This document shows positions 21,477 to 29,747 of a stretch of 64,000 nucleotides of DNA, piece by piece. Position 1 is the stretch's first letter. Each line of letters begins with the position of its first letter. Location: NCBI GenBank assembly GCA_963700555.1, contig CAVOXZ010000019.1, positions 210,408-274,407 on the forward strand, written 5' to 3'. This DNA comes from an uncultured Chloroflexia bacterium (GTDB taxonomy: Bacteria; Chloroflexota; Limnocylindria; Limnocylindrales; CSP1-4). The notes beneath the pieces are model-generated. The model was not told the origin of the DNA. It was given only the letters and a program-made list of their open reading frames with translations, and ran no database searches. The position numbers and the translations under genes were made by a program.

Positions 21477-24410
21477 CTACTTGTGGATCGTGACCTGGCC
21501 CTGGACCGTTCCGGAGGCGATGTAGAGAGGGCTCTCGTGATCGGGGTCGGCGCCTGGGGACCAGACCTTGATCACGAACCGATCCTCCGCCGACTTGCCG
21601 TCACGGGCATCCACCCGGAACGGGTACTCGCCGGTCGAGCCCTTGATCATCGCCAGGCCGCGGAACTTGGCCCAGTTCTGGTTGGTGACCACGAGCCAGT
21701 CGAGGCCGGTGCTCGACAGGTCCAGGTCCCCGGTCTTGTAGTGGAACGTCAGGCTGCCGCCCGGGGTGGTTGAGGCACCGTTCCGGTACTTGATCGTGAA
21801 CCCGAAGTTGGCCTTCGAAGCGCCGTCCAGGCCGGGGAGGATGTCGCCCGGGTCGGACGACGCGCCACCCGGCACGATCCAGCCACCGCCGGTCGCGAAC
21901 GACCCGTTCGGGTCGTACACGACGACGTACAGGTAGCTCGTGGTGGCGGACTGGCCGCTGGGGTCGGCAACGCCAAGGGTCAGCGTGTACACGCCGGGTT
22001 CGGTGTACGCGTGGTTGCCCGTGATCGTGGCGCTGCCCGTCGCAGAAGCAGGGATCGCGCCCGTGGAGCTTGTGCCGTCACCCCAGTCCCAGCTGGCAAC
22101 GTGGCCGCCAAGCTCACCGGGATCGGTGAGGCCCGCGGTTGCCGAGGCCGTCGATCCGATCGGGGTGACCGATGATGGGATCTGGATCGGCGCCAGCTCC
22201 GGCGCCGCTACGCCCAGCGACCACAGGCTGGCCGCCGAGGTGAGGACCGTCAGCTGGATGTCGCCATCGGCCAGCGTCTCGCGGAGGTCGACGCACGGGT
22301 CAGGGTCTGCAACCCCCGGTGACCCGGTGCAGTCCGCGACCGGGACCGAGTTGCGGAACACCTGGATGGTCGCGGCCGTGTCACCGCTCGGAATGGCCGT
22401 GGAGTCCAGCCGGAATACGAACATCAGCGGGCTGGCGGCCGATGCCGCTGGTGCGGTGATATCGAAGGCCTGCCCGACGAGACCGTAGCCCGCGGCGGGA
22501 GGGTCTGTGGACAGGTTCGTGACGATCTGGACGAGCCCGCCGTCCGGGGCCATGACGGACGCCACGACGGGTTCACCCGCGTCAGGCCCATCGCCGCCGA
22601 CGTCACTGCTCAGGCTCCCGCCGGGATCAAGGACGGCCGGCCCGCCCGGCGGCGGGGTGGGTGTGGGCGACGGACTGGGGGTGGGTGTGGGCGACGGACC
22701 AGGGGTCGAGGTGGGCGATGGTGTCGGAGGCAGGCCAGCATTCACGGCGATGTCACCGGACAGGAGCCCGACAACCGGATGCTCCCGGGCGGCAAGGCAC
22801 GGGGCCGGCGCGATCGAGCTATACGCGTTGACCGCGATGGTGTCTCCGACACCGGCCGGGCCACCGTCATCCACGAAGATCGTCGCATACAGGGTCCCGG
22901 CGCCTGCGGATGACCCGTGACCGATGAGCATGGCCTGCGTGCCCCGGATATCCAGGCAGTCCACGGTCCCGCTCAGGCTGAACCCCTGCGACTCGGAGAT
23001 GGAGAACGTCCCGGAGACGTCGCCGCTCTCATTGAGCAGGGCATCGAAATCGAACGTCCGCGTGTACCCGCCCCCAAGGTCGCTCGTGCCACTGCCGACG
23101 GCGGTTCCCGGCTCCGGCGATCCGTCGAGGATCGTGACCTGACCGTAGTAGAGGGTCTGCTGGGGCGGGCCCGCGGACGAGCAGTCGGGCGGCGCCATGT
23201 TGGTGGGGCCATCGAGGGCTGCGGTGTCCAGGAACCCGTCAGGGCCGTTGTCGGTGAGATACAGCGTGAACCACAGGGGGCCACCGCCGGGTCCGGCATT
23301 GGGGCTCACCCCGCCCGCCACGACCTGGTTGCCGGTGACGGACAGGCAGATGACCGTCCCGCTCACCGCGGACCCATATCGGGTCATCTGGATCGTGCCG
23401 TCCAGCCCCCCGGCGCCGTCCGAGATGGCAGCAAGGTGGAAGCTGTCGGCTTGGGACGGACCCGTCTGCAGGGCGCCCGTTGCGACCACCGTCGCGGCGG
23501 GTGCGGGCGGTCCTCCGCTGCCGTTGACGTCGATGTCGCCGCCAGTGAGCGGGTCGCCGGGATTCTCCTGCGCGGCGAGGCAGCCGTTGGGGCTCGCCTG
23601 GTCGTAGGCGTTGAAGGAGATCAGGTCTCCCGAGCCGTTTGGCCCGAGGTCATCGACGAAGAAGGTCGCGTACAGGTAAGGGCCGCCGCCTCCGGTCGGA
23701 TTGGATCCCTGTCCGATCACGGTGGCGTGGCTGCCTCGGATATCCAGGCAGATGATCGTCCCAGACGTGGCGAAACCGCTCGACTCGGTGATCGAGTACG
23801 TTCCGGTCACGATGCCGCTCGCGTCCCGCTCCCCGTTGAAGTCGAATGTCCGGGTCGCGAACCCGCCGATGGAGCTCGTGCCCTGGCCGCTTACGGTGCC
23901 TGCGTCTGGGGCTCCGGTGAGGATGGTGACCTGACCGTAGTAGAGCGCCTGCTGGGACGGGCTCGGGGTGCTGCAATCCGGCGATGCCATGCTGGTCGGA
24001 CCGTCGACCGCCGCCGTATCCGTGGCGCCGTCCGGGCCGTTGTCGGTGAGAAACACCGTGAACCAGAGTGATCCGCCGCCGGGTCCGCCATTGGGGCTCT
24101 CCCCGCCCGCCACAACCTGGTTGCCGGTGATCGAAAGGCAGGTGACAGGGCCGCTCGCGATCGAGCCACCGGTGCCGACCTCCAGCCAGCCACTGACGCT
24201 GCCGGCGCCATCGTCGGAGACGGTGAGGTCGAAGGTGCTCGTGGATCCGAAGCCGGTCTGGATCGCGCCTGAGGCGACGACGCTGACGGGGGTCGCGGCG
24301 CGCGCCGCCGGCAGGATGACCGTCGTGGCGAGGAGGAGTGTCGACAGGGCGACAGTGAGGGCGACGGAATAGGGTGAGCGTCGGCCCGGAGACCAGCGTG
24401 GGACGCGCAT
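21477..24410 (-). CDS. large secreted multi-domain protein: signal peptide, 2 x ~260-aa duplicated module, Pro/Thr linker, PKD domain, C-terminal beta-sandwich domain
   Basis: GGAGG lies 4 nt before the ATG at 24410. The signal peptide is MRVPRWSPGRRSPYSVALTVALSTLLLATTVILPAARA|A. The duplicated modules are shown under the repeat feature. The linker is PPTPSPTSTPGPSPTPTPSPSPTPTPPP. PKD signature: WDWGDGTSSTG...GNHAYTEPGVYTLTLGVAD. The 2.9-kb frame is intact. Confidence 0.85.
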   Translation of the reverse strand: MRVPRWSPGRRSPYSVALTVALSTLLLATTVILPAARAATPVSVVASGAIQTGFGSTSTFDLTVSDDGAGSVSGWLEVGTGGSIASGPVTCLSITGNQVVAGGESPNGGPGGGSLWFTVFLTDNGPDGATDTAAVDGPTSMASPDCSTPSPSQQALYYGQVTILTGAPDAGTVSGQGTSSIGGFATRTFDFNGERDASGIVTGTYSITESSGFATSGTIICLDIRGSHATVIGQGSNPTGGGGPYLYATFFVDDLGPNGSGDLISFNAYDQASPNGCLAAQENPGDPLTGGDIDVNGSGGPPAPAATVVATGALQTGPSQADSFHLAAISDGAGGLDGTIQMTRYGSAVSGTVICLSVTGNQVVAGGVSPNAGPGGGPLWFTLYLTDNGPDGFLDTAALDGPTNMAPPDCSSAGPPQQTLYYGQVTILDGSPEPGTAVGSGTSDLGGGYTRTFDFDALLNESGDVSGTFSISESQGFSLSGTVDCLDIRGTQAMLIGHGSSAGAGTLYATIFVDDGGPAGVGDTIAVNAYSSIAPAPCLAAREHPVVGLLSGDIAVNAGLPPTPSPTSTPGPSPTPTPSPSPTPTPPPGGPAVLDPGGSLSSDVGGDGPDAGEPVVASVMAPDGGLVQIVTNLSTDPPAAGYGLVGQAFDITAPAASAASPLMFVFRLDSTAIPSGDTAATIQVFRNSVPVADCTGSPGVADPDPCVDLRETLADGDIQLTVLTSAASLWSLGVAAPELAPIQIPSSVTPIGSTASATAGLTDPGELGGHVASWDWGDGTSSTGAIPASATGSATITGNHAYTEPGVYTLTLGVADPSGQSATTSYLYVVVYDPNGSFATGGGWIVPGGASSDPGDILPGLDGASKANFGFTIKYRNGASTTPGGSLTFHYKTGDLDLSSTGLDWLVVTNQNWAKFRGLAMIKGSTGEYPFRVDARDGKSAEDRFVIKVWSPGADPDHESPLYIASGTVQGQVTIHK
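22719..24296 (-). repeat. intragenic tandem duplication (two ~0.8-kb units, 23496-24296 and 22719-23495) inside the secreted protein gene
   Basis: Unit 1 reads ATPVSVVASGAIQTG...CLSITGNQVVAGGESPNGGPGGGSLWFTVFLTDNGPDG...QALYYGQVTILTG...CLDIRGSHATVIGQGS...YATFFVDDLGPNG. Unit 2 reads ATVVATGALQTG...CLSVTGNQVVAGGVSPNAGPGGGPLWFTLYLTDNGPDG...QTLYYGQVTILDG...CLDIRGTQAMLIGHGS...YATIFVDDGGPAG. Confidence 0.85.
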
Positions 24411-24548
24411 GGAGACCTCCCGACGCGTCTGGGCAGGACGACCAAGGGCGACGCGCCGTGGCCGAACCCTAGCCCGCGTGGTGTCCGGATGCAACCCCTG
24501 GATGCAACGATTGGTGCGCGATGACACCATGGCGCTGCCGGCCACTGA

Positions 24549-25860
24549 TCAGGTGGCAGGCGGTCCAGCGGTCTGCCAGCCGAACCACGCCTCGGCCTCC
24601 ACGCGGGGCCGTGCGAGCCATGCCTCCCCACCGCGCAGCACCACCTCCGGCGGGAGGGGGTGCGAGAGGAAGAAAGGCATCGACTCGGTGGCCCCATAGG
24701 CACCGGCGTCCAGCACCCCGACGAGGTCGCCGACGTCGGGCGCGGCCATGTCTGCCGCGCGGGCGAACACGTCGAGGGCCGTGCACAGGGGCCCGGCGAG
24801 CATCACGGGCTCGGCGCCGGGTGGCAGCGCCCCGGTGACGGCGGCTGCCCGTCCCGTGAGGGCGACGACACGTTGATCGCGGCCCACCAGCACCGGCCGC
24901 AGCAGGTGATGGATGCCACCATCGACGATGACCACCGGCCGGCCGTCCATCAGCTTGCGGTCCACGACGCGGGTCACGTACGCCCCTGAGGCACCCACCA
25001 GGAACCGGCCGGGTTCCAGGATCACCCGCACGCCGCGGGTCGCGGGCGAGGCGGCCATCCGGCGCGCCAGCAAGGCAAGACGCGTCCCCAGCGCCACGAG
25101 ATCCAGCTCCGCGTCGCCGTCGGCGTAGGCGATCCCCAGGCCGCCGCCGGCGTCCACCAGCCGCAGCTCGAAGCCAGCCGATGCCGCCACTGCGATCGCC
25201 GTCTCGACCGTTGCTTCCACGTGGGTGGCCAGGGTGCCGGCATCGGTGACGTTGGACGCCCCGAACGCGTGCAGGCCCAGCGGCTCCAGCCACGGGGACG
25301 CGACGGCCTCGGCTGCCGCGGTCCGCAGCTCACGGTGGTCCATGCCGAACTTGCCGGTGATGTCCACGCCGGCTTCGCCACGGGGCCCGGTCGCGTCCAC
25401 GCCGGCCACGGCGGCCCGGAGCAGGACCGGCTGGCGACGGCCGAGGGCCTCCCCGATGGCCGCGAGGCGCCGCAGCTCGCCCGGCGACTCCACCGTCACG
25501 ACGTGCACGCCGGCCTCGACCGCTGCCCGGAGCTCCTCGTCGCGCTTGCCCGGACCGGTGAACACGACGCGGTCCCGCGCGAACCCTGCCCGAAGCACGT
25601 GCCGCAGCTCGCCACCCGAGGCGACGTCCGCGCCGAGGCCCAGGCCCGCGATGTGCGTCAGCACCGCGAGGTTCGGGTTGGCCTTGACCGCGTACGAGAG
25701 GTCGAAGGCGTCCGGCAGGGCGGCCCGCAGCGCCTGCGACCTGGCGCGTGACCAGGTCCAGGTCATACACGTAGAAGGGCGTCCCGAATCGCGCCGCGAG
25801 GTCTGCCGGCGCGAGCCCCCCAAGGCGACCCTCGTGCAGGATCCCGCGGCCGAGGCTCAT
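24549..25860 (-). CDS. lysA: diaminopimelate decarboxylase; frame broken once near nt 25745
   Basis: The N-terminal frame reads MSLGRGILHEGRLGGLAPADLAARFGTPFYVYDLDLV. It then continues RSQALRAALPDAFDLSYAVKANPN (PLP Lys), DAGGGLGI, ILEPGRF and GPLCTALD. The length is 3n+1. Confidence 0.9.
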
Positions 25861-26642
25861 CGGAGCGCATCCTCGAGCGCGATCCTCGCATCCGTCCCCT
25901 CGTCGCGATCCTTGACCAGCAGCGCCACCGTCATCGACAGCCCGTGCTCCGCCGCGAACCCGCCCGCGAGGACCCGGGACCCGGGCACGACCACGGCGCC
26001 TGACGGGATCGCGAGAGGCACGTCGGGTGTGCCGGTCAGGACGCGCCCACGGACGAGGTCGTACACGCGCGACGTCCCGGTGAGGACGACCCCGGCGCCG
26101 ATGACTGCACCGGCACCCACGAGCACGCCCTCGAGCAGCGAAGACCCGGCCCCCACGAAGGCGTCATCCTCGACGATGACCGGCCTGGCGCCGGCCGGCT
26201 CGAGCACACCGCCGATCGTCACCCCGGCGGACAGGTGGACCCGGGCACCGACCTGGGCGCAGGACCCGACGAGCACGTGCGAGTCGACCATGGTGCCCTC
26301 GCCGATCCACGCACCCACGTTCACGAACGAGGGCGGCATGATGACGACGCCGGGCGCGAGGTACACGCCAGCCCGCACGGAGGTGCCTCCCGGCACGATG
26401 CGCCAGGGACCCGCGAGCAGGTCCTTGGTCGGCATGCCGGCCCGATCACGGAACCGCAGCACGCCGCCGAGGTCCCATTCGACGGACGTACGGTCACGGA
26501 AGCAGGCAAGGATCGCGGTCTTGACCTCGGCGTCGACGCGCCACCCACCCGGGGAGCCGGGGTCCGGGACGGCGGCGCGCCGGACGCCGGCGTCGAGATC
26601 AGCGAGGATCGGGGCCACGGGGCCCACCGAGACAGCGATCAC
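25857..26642 (-). CDS. dapD: 2,3,4,5-tetrahydropyridine-2,6-dicarboxylate N-succinyltransferase
   Basis: Hexapeptide-repeat core: VRAGVYLAPGVVIMPPSFVNVGAWIGEGTMVDSHVLVGSCAQVGARVHLSAGVTIGGVLEP. The GTG start overlaps the dapA stop (GTGA), and the stop overlaps the lysA start. Confidence 0.85.
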   Translation of the reverse strand: MIAVSVGPVAPILADLDAGVRRAAVPDPGSPGGWRVDAEVKTAILACFRDRTSVEWDLGGVLRFRDRAGMPTKDLLAGPWRIVPGGTSVRAGVYLAPGVVIMPPSFVNVGAWIGEGTMVDSHVLVGSCAQVGARVHLSAGVTIGGVLEPAGARPVIVEDDAFVGAGSSLLEGVLVGAGAVIGAGVVLTGTSRVYDLVRGRVLTGTPDVPLAIPSGAVVVPGSRVLAGGFAAEHGLSMTVALLVKDRDEGTDARIALEDALR

Positions 26643-27619
26643 GCGGCGACCTCCTCGGTGGGCCACGCCTGTCGTCCGCCGCCGTCCACCAGCCCGAGCG
26701 CCCGGAGCAGGGCGACCAGGCGCTCCCTGGGCGCGTCGGACAGCGGGAGCAGCGGTGCGCGGGCAGCGTCGCCGTCGAGCAGGCCCATCGCCAGCAGCGC
26801 CGCCTTGGCGGGGACAGGGTTCGGGGCCCCCTGGAAGTTGGCCCGGAACAGGGGCAGGAACCGGTCGTGGATCCTGCGCGTGACCGCCAGGTCACCGGCG
26901 TGCCAGGCCCGGACCATGGCCGAGAGCTCGCCCGGGACCTGGTTGCTGGCGACCGAGATCACGCCGTCGCCGCCCATGGCGAGGATCGCCAGCGTGGCCG
27001 CGTCGTCGCCCGAGAGCACGGCCACGTCGCGAGGGCGGTCGCGGCAGATCACGGCGATCTGCTCGATGTTGGCGCTCGCCTCCTTGACGGCGATCACCCG
27101 CGGGTGCTCCGCGAGCCGCAGGAACGTGTCCGCCTCGACGTTGGCCCCCGTCCGACCGGGCACGTTGTAGACGACGATCGGGAGTCCGCCCTCATCGGCG
27201 ATCGCTCGGAAGTGGGCATCGAGCATCCGCTGGTCGGGCTTGTTGTAGTAGGGCGTGACGATGAGGGCGGCGTCCGCGCCGAGCGCTGCCGCGCGGCGTG
27301 TCGCCTCGATCGAGGCGCGGGTGTCGTTGGAGCCGGTGCCGGCGATCACCGGGACGAACCGGTCGCCCGAGCGCTCGCCGGCCGTCTGCACGGCGATCTC
27401 GATACAGCGGTCGCGCTCGGCGGCCGACAGTGTGGGCGACTCGCCGGTCGTGCCGACGGGGACCAGGCCGTCGATGCCGGCCATCACCTGCCAGGCGACC
27501 AGGCGGCGGTACGCCGCCTCGTCGAGGGCTCCGTCCGTGCTGAACGGTGTCACCAGGGCGGTGAAGGCGCCACGGAGCCGGGGCGCGCTGTCGGCAGCGG
27601 TTCGGGAAAGGCGGGTCAT
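26639..27619 (-). CDS. dapA: 4-hydroxy-tetrahydrodipicolinate synthase
   Basis: Intact 326 aa with GLVPVGTTGESPTLS, VVYNVPGRTG and VIAVKEASAN (Schiff-base Lys). Confidence 0.95.
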   Translation of the reverse strand: MTRLSRTAADSAPRLRGAFTALVTPFSTDGALDEAAYRRLVAWQVMAGIDGLVPVGTTGESPTLSAAERDRCIEIAVQTAGERSGDRFVPVIAGTGSNDTRASIEATRRAAALGADAALIVTPYYNKPDQRMLDAHFRAIADEGGLPIVVYNVPGRTGANVEADTFLRLAEHPRVIAVKEASANIEQIAVICRDRPRDVAVLSGDDAATLAILAMGGDGVISVASNQVPGELSAMVRAWHAGDLAVTRRIHDRFLPLFRANFQGAPNPVPAKAALLAMGLLDGDAARAPLLPLSDAPRERLVALLRALGLVDGGGRQAWPTEEVAA

Positions 27620-27655
27620 CTCGGAAACTCCTTGAGGTAGGTAGGGACTGGATCG

Positions 27656-28427
27656 TCAGAGCGGCCAGGCCGTGGCCATGGCGGTGGCACGGAGCGGGGG
27701 TGCGGCGAGCAGGTCGTCCACCACCGCGTCGAACGGGTGGAGCCCCGGGCCCCGGTCCTCGCGGGCGAGCCAGCGCGCGGCCGCGAGCGCCCCGTCCGCA
27801 TAGGCCTGGCGGTCCCGGGCCGTGAGGCGCAGCTCGACGTTCTCGCCCGGGCCGTCGAAGGTCACGAGGTGGGTCCCCGGAGCCGAGCCGGCCCGTACCC
27901 CGACCACCTCGAGGGCGGGGCGTGGATCGTCGGGAGCGTCCGGACTGGCCCAGCGCGGGTCCACGGCCGTGATCCGGCGCGCCATGGTCCGTGCCGTTCC
28001 CGACGGGCGGTCCGCCTTGCCGCGGCGGTGCCACTCCACCACGGACGGTTCGAAGCCGGCGCGGGCGTACATCGCGGCCGCCTGCTCCACCAGGCGCAGG
28101 AACAGCGCGGCGCCCAGGGCGAGGTTGGGGGCGACCACGGCGGCGGCTCCGTGCTCCAGGAGCATGGCCCGTACTGCGGGCGACATCCCCATCCCAGCCG
28201 CTGGCGGCGAGGACGAAGCGCCTGTTGCCGGCGTCGAGCGCACTGGCCAGGTTGCCGGCGACCTCGGGGCCGACCGATGCCTCGACCACGACATCCGCCC
28301 GGGTCGCGGCCGCCCGGGTCCCATCGGAGCCCGGGCGGCCCACGAGCGTCGGCGTCCAGCCGGCATCCGCGGCGGCACGTGCGATCGCCCCACCCAGGCG
28401 ACCGGGCCCGTAGATCAGGAGCTGCAT
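27656..28427 (-). CDS. dapB: 4-hydroxy-tetrahydrodipicolinate reductase; frame broken once near nt 28187
   Basis: The N-terminal frame reads MQLLIYGPGRLGGAIARAA...FVLAASGWDGD. It continues AVVAPNLALGAALF and VEWHRRGKADRPSGTA (the E-x-H-x-x-K-x-D-x-PSGTA motif). The length is 3n+1. Confidence 0.9.
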
Positions 28428-28477
28428 GGTGATGACATCCTTTCCGCGGATGGGAGCCGCGGTTCCGGAGGTCCGAG

Positions 28478-28517
28478 AATCACAAAGGCCGCGATCACCG
28501 TCGTGGTGCTCGCGGCC
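28478..28517 (-). terminator. intrinsic-terminator-shaped hairpin in the dapB 5' leader
   Basis: The minus strand reads GGCCGCGA-G-CACC-ACGAC-GGTG-A-TCGCGGCC followed by TTTGTGATT. It lies ~50 nt upstream of the dapB ATG and 52 nt downstream of the leader-ORF stop. Confidence 0.5.
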
Positions 28518-28568
28518 CCTTCGGCGCCTCCGGTCCCGGAGGCTCCGTTCGTCGTCGCTCGCGCGCCG

Positions 28569-28652
28569 TCAGAGCCCCTGGGCCCGAGCCTTCCAGCTGG
28601 GCCGCCAAGGCTTCTTCTTGGTGTCGAAGCTGACGATGATGAGGTGCGACAT
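28569..28652 (-). promoter_or_regulatory. candidate leader peptide ORF (27 codons) with three consecutive Lys codons, upstream of dapB-dapA-dapD-lysA
   Basis: The ATG at 28652 opens MSHLIIVSFDTKKKPWRPSWKARAQGL, ending with TGA at 28571-28569. AAG-AAG-AAG lies at 28619-28611. The ATG sits 9 nt after a -10-like CATACT, the geometry of a leaderless mRNA. Confidence 0.45.
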
Positions 28653-28661
28653 GGCGAGCGC

Positions 28662-28690
28662 AGTATGCCGTCCGGCGCAGCCATATGCAA
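28662..28690 (-). promoter_or_regulatory. candidate sigma-70-type promoter of the dap operon leader (-35 TTGCAT, 17-nt spacer, -10 CATACT)
   Basis: On the minus strand TTGCAT lies at 28690-28685 and CATACT at 28667-28662. They sit in the only AT-rich patch between dapB and ogt. Confidence 0.4.
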
Positions 28691-28706
28691 CTATTGCATC
28701 GTGAAT

Positions 28707-29297
28707 ATGTTCTATGCATTCAGCGCTGTGCTCCGCGTGCCCTCGGAGCGGGGTCCGGTGCATCTCGCGGCGACCCAGCGGGGCGTTGCGGCCGTGGAGC
28801 TCCTGGGGTCGACGGACTCGTTCGAGGCCGGGCTCGCCCGGCGGGGGCTCGTCGTGGATCCGGAGCGGGCGGGGCCGGATGCCGCTCGCCTGGCTGCCGA
28901 GGGCGCCGACGGCGTGCTCGCGGTGCTGGCCGGCGATCCGGTCGACCTGGCCGGGCTGCCCATCGACATCGACGATCGCCCGGACTGGGACCGGCTCGTG
29001 CTGGGCGCCGTCCGCGGGATCCGGCGCGGGGCGACCGCGAGCTACGGCGAGATCGCGCGACGGATCGGGCGGCCGGGGGCGGCCCGGGCCGTGGGCGGTG
29101 CCGTTGGCCGGAACCCGGTCGGCCTCCTGGTCCCCTGCCACCGGGTGATCGCCGGCGACGGGACCCTGGGCGGCTACGGCGTCGCCTCGTGGGGTGGACG
29201 CGAGGCCGCCCTCGAGCTCAAGCGGGAGCTCCTGGCGCTGGAGGGGGTTCGGCTGCGCCCGGCGCCGGGTGTCAGGGATCCGACACCCGGGCTGTGA
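28707..29297 (+). CDS. ogt: methylated-DNA--protein-cysteine methyltransferase
   Basis: The C-terminal domain reads SYGEIARRIGRPGAARAVGGAVGRNPVGLLVPCHRVI and contains the PCHRV active site. ATG is at 28707, with an alternative GTG at 28701. Confidence 0.9.
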   Translation: MFYAFSAVLRVPSERGPVHLAATQRGVAAVELLGSTDSFEAGLARRGLVVDPERAGPDAARLAAEGADGVLAVLAGDPVDLAGLPIDIDDRPDWDRLVLGAVRGIRRGATASYGEIARRIGRPGAARAVGGAVGRNPVGLLVPCHRVIAGDGTLGGYGVASWGGREAALELKRELLALEGVRLRPAPGVRDPTPGL

Positions 29298-29398
29298 AAC
29301 GGCGGATCGCTCGCGCGGGGCCCGACCGCCTAGGGTCGTTCCAGGACGGCCGATCACCACACCGGTGGCACCACCGGCGGCTGGAAGGGAGCACCACG

Positions 29399-29611
29399 AT
29401 GGGCACCAGGCGAGACGACGACAGCCTGCGGCGCGATGGCGAGAGCCTGCGGCGCGACGGCGGGGACTTCATCGACGAGACCGACGTCGAGGGCCACGTG
29501 CGCGGTCCCAGGAACTCGCCCGACGCCGAGGAGCTCTACCGCAACCTGCCGACCACCCAGGGCGAGGTCGTCCGGCGAGGATCCGGGGACAACCCGCACG
29601 GCGATCGCTAG
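29399..29611 (+). CDS. small highly charged hypothetical protein (70 aa)
   Basis: The SD GGAAGGGAG lies 7 nt before the ATG. The sequence is MGTRRDDDSLRRDGESLRRDGGDFIDETDVEGHVRGPRNSPDAEELYRNLPTTQGEVVRRGSGDNPHGDR, which contains the internal repeat (D/E)SLRRDG x2. Confidence 0.55.
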   Translation: MGTRRDDDSLRRDGESLRRDGGDFIDETDVEGHVRGPRNSPDAEELYRNLPTTQGEVVRRGSGDNPHGDR

Positions 29612-29747
29612 GGTCCCGTTCCGTCGATCCCCGGCTGCTTGACCCGCGGAGCCCGGTAGGTCACGGGCCGGGCGCAGGAGCGGCGGCATCAGCATCACGA
29701 GCGGCCACGGCCGGCCCCCGGGGGGGTCGGCCGTCTCGATTCGTCCC

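Noticed and set aside
28428-28652. A lysine (L-box) riboswitch in the dapB leader.
   Set aside because: Only fragmentary resemblances were seen (GAGGCGC and GCCGAAGG, adjacent rather than ~80 nt apart). The non-coding part between the leader ORF stop and the terminator is about 50 nt, far shorter than an L-box aptamer. It cannot be fully excluded without a covariance-model search (Rfam RF00168).
27822-29297. A 491-aa plus-strand ORF spanning the dapB region and ogt.
   Set aside because: Only the last 197 aa (from ATG 28707) are Ogt-like. The upstream part is the antisense of dapB and of the dap leader region and has no motifs.
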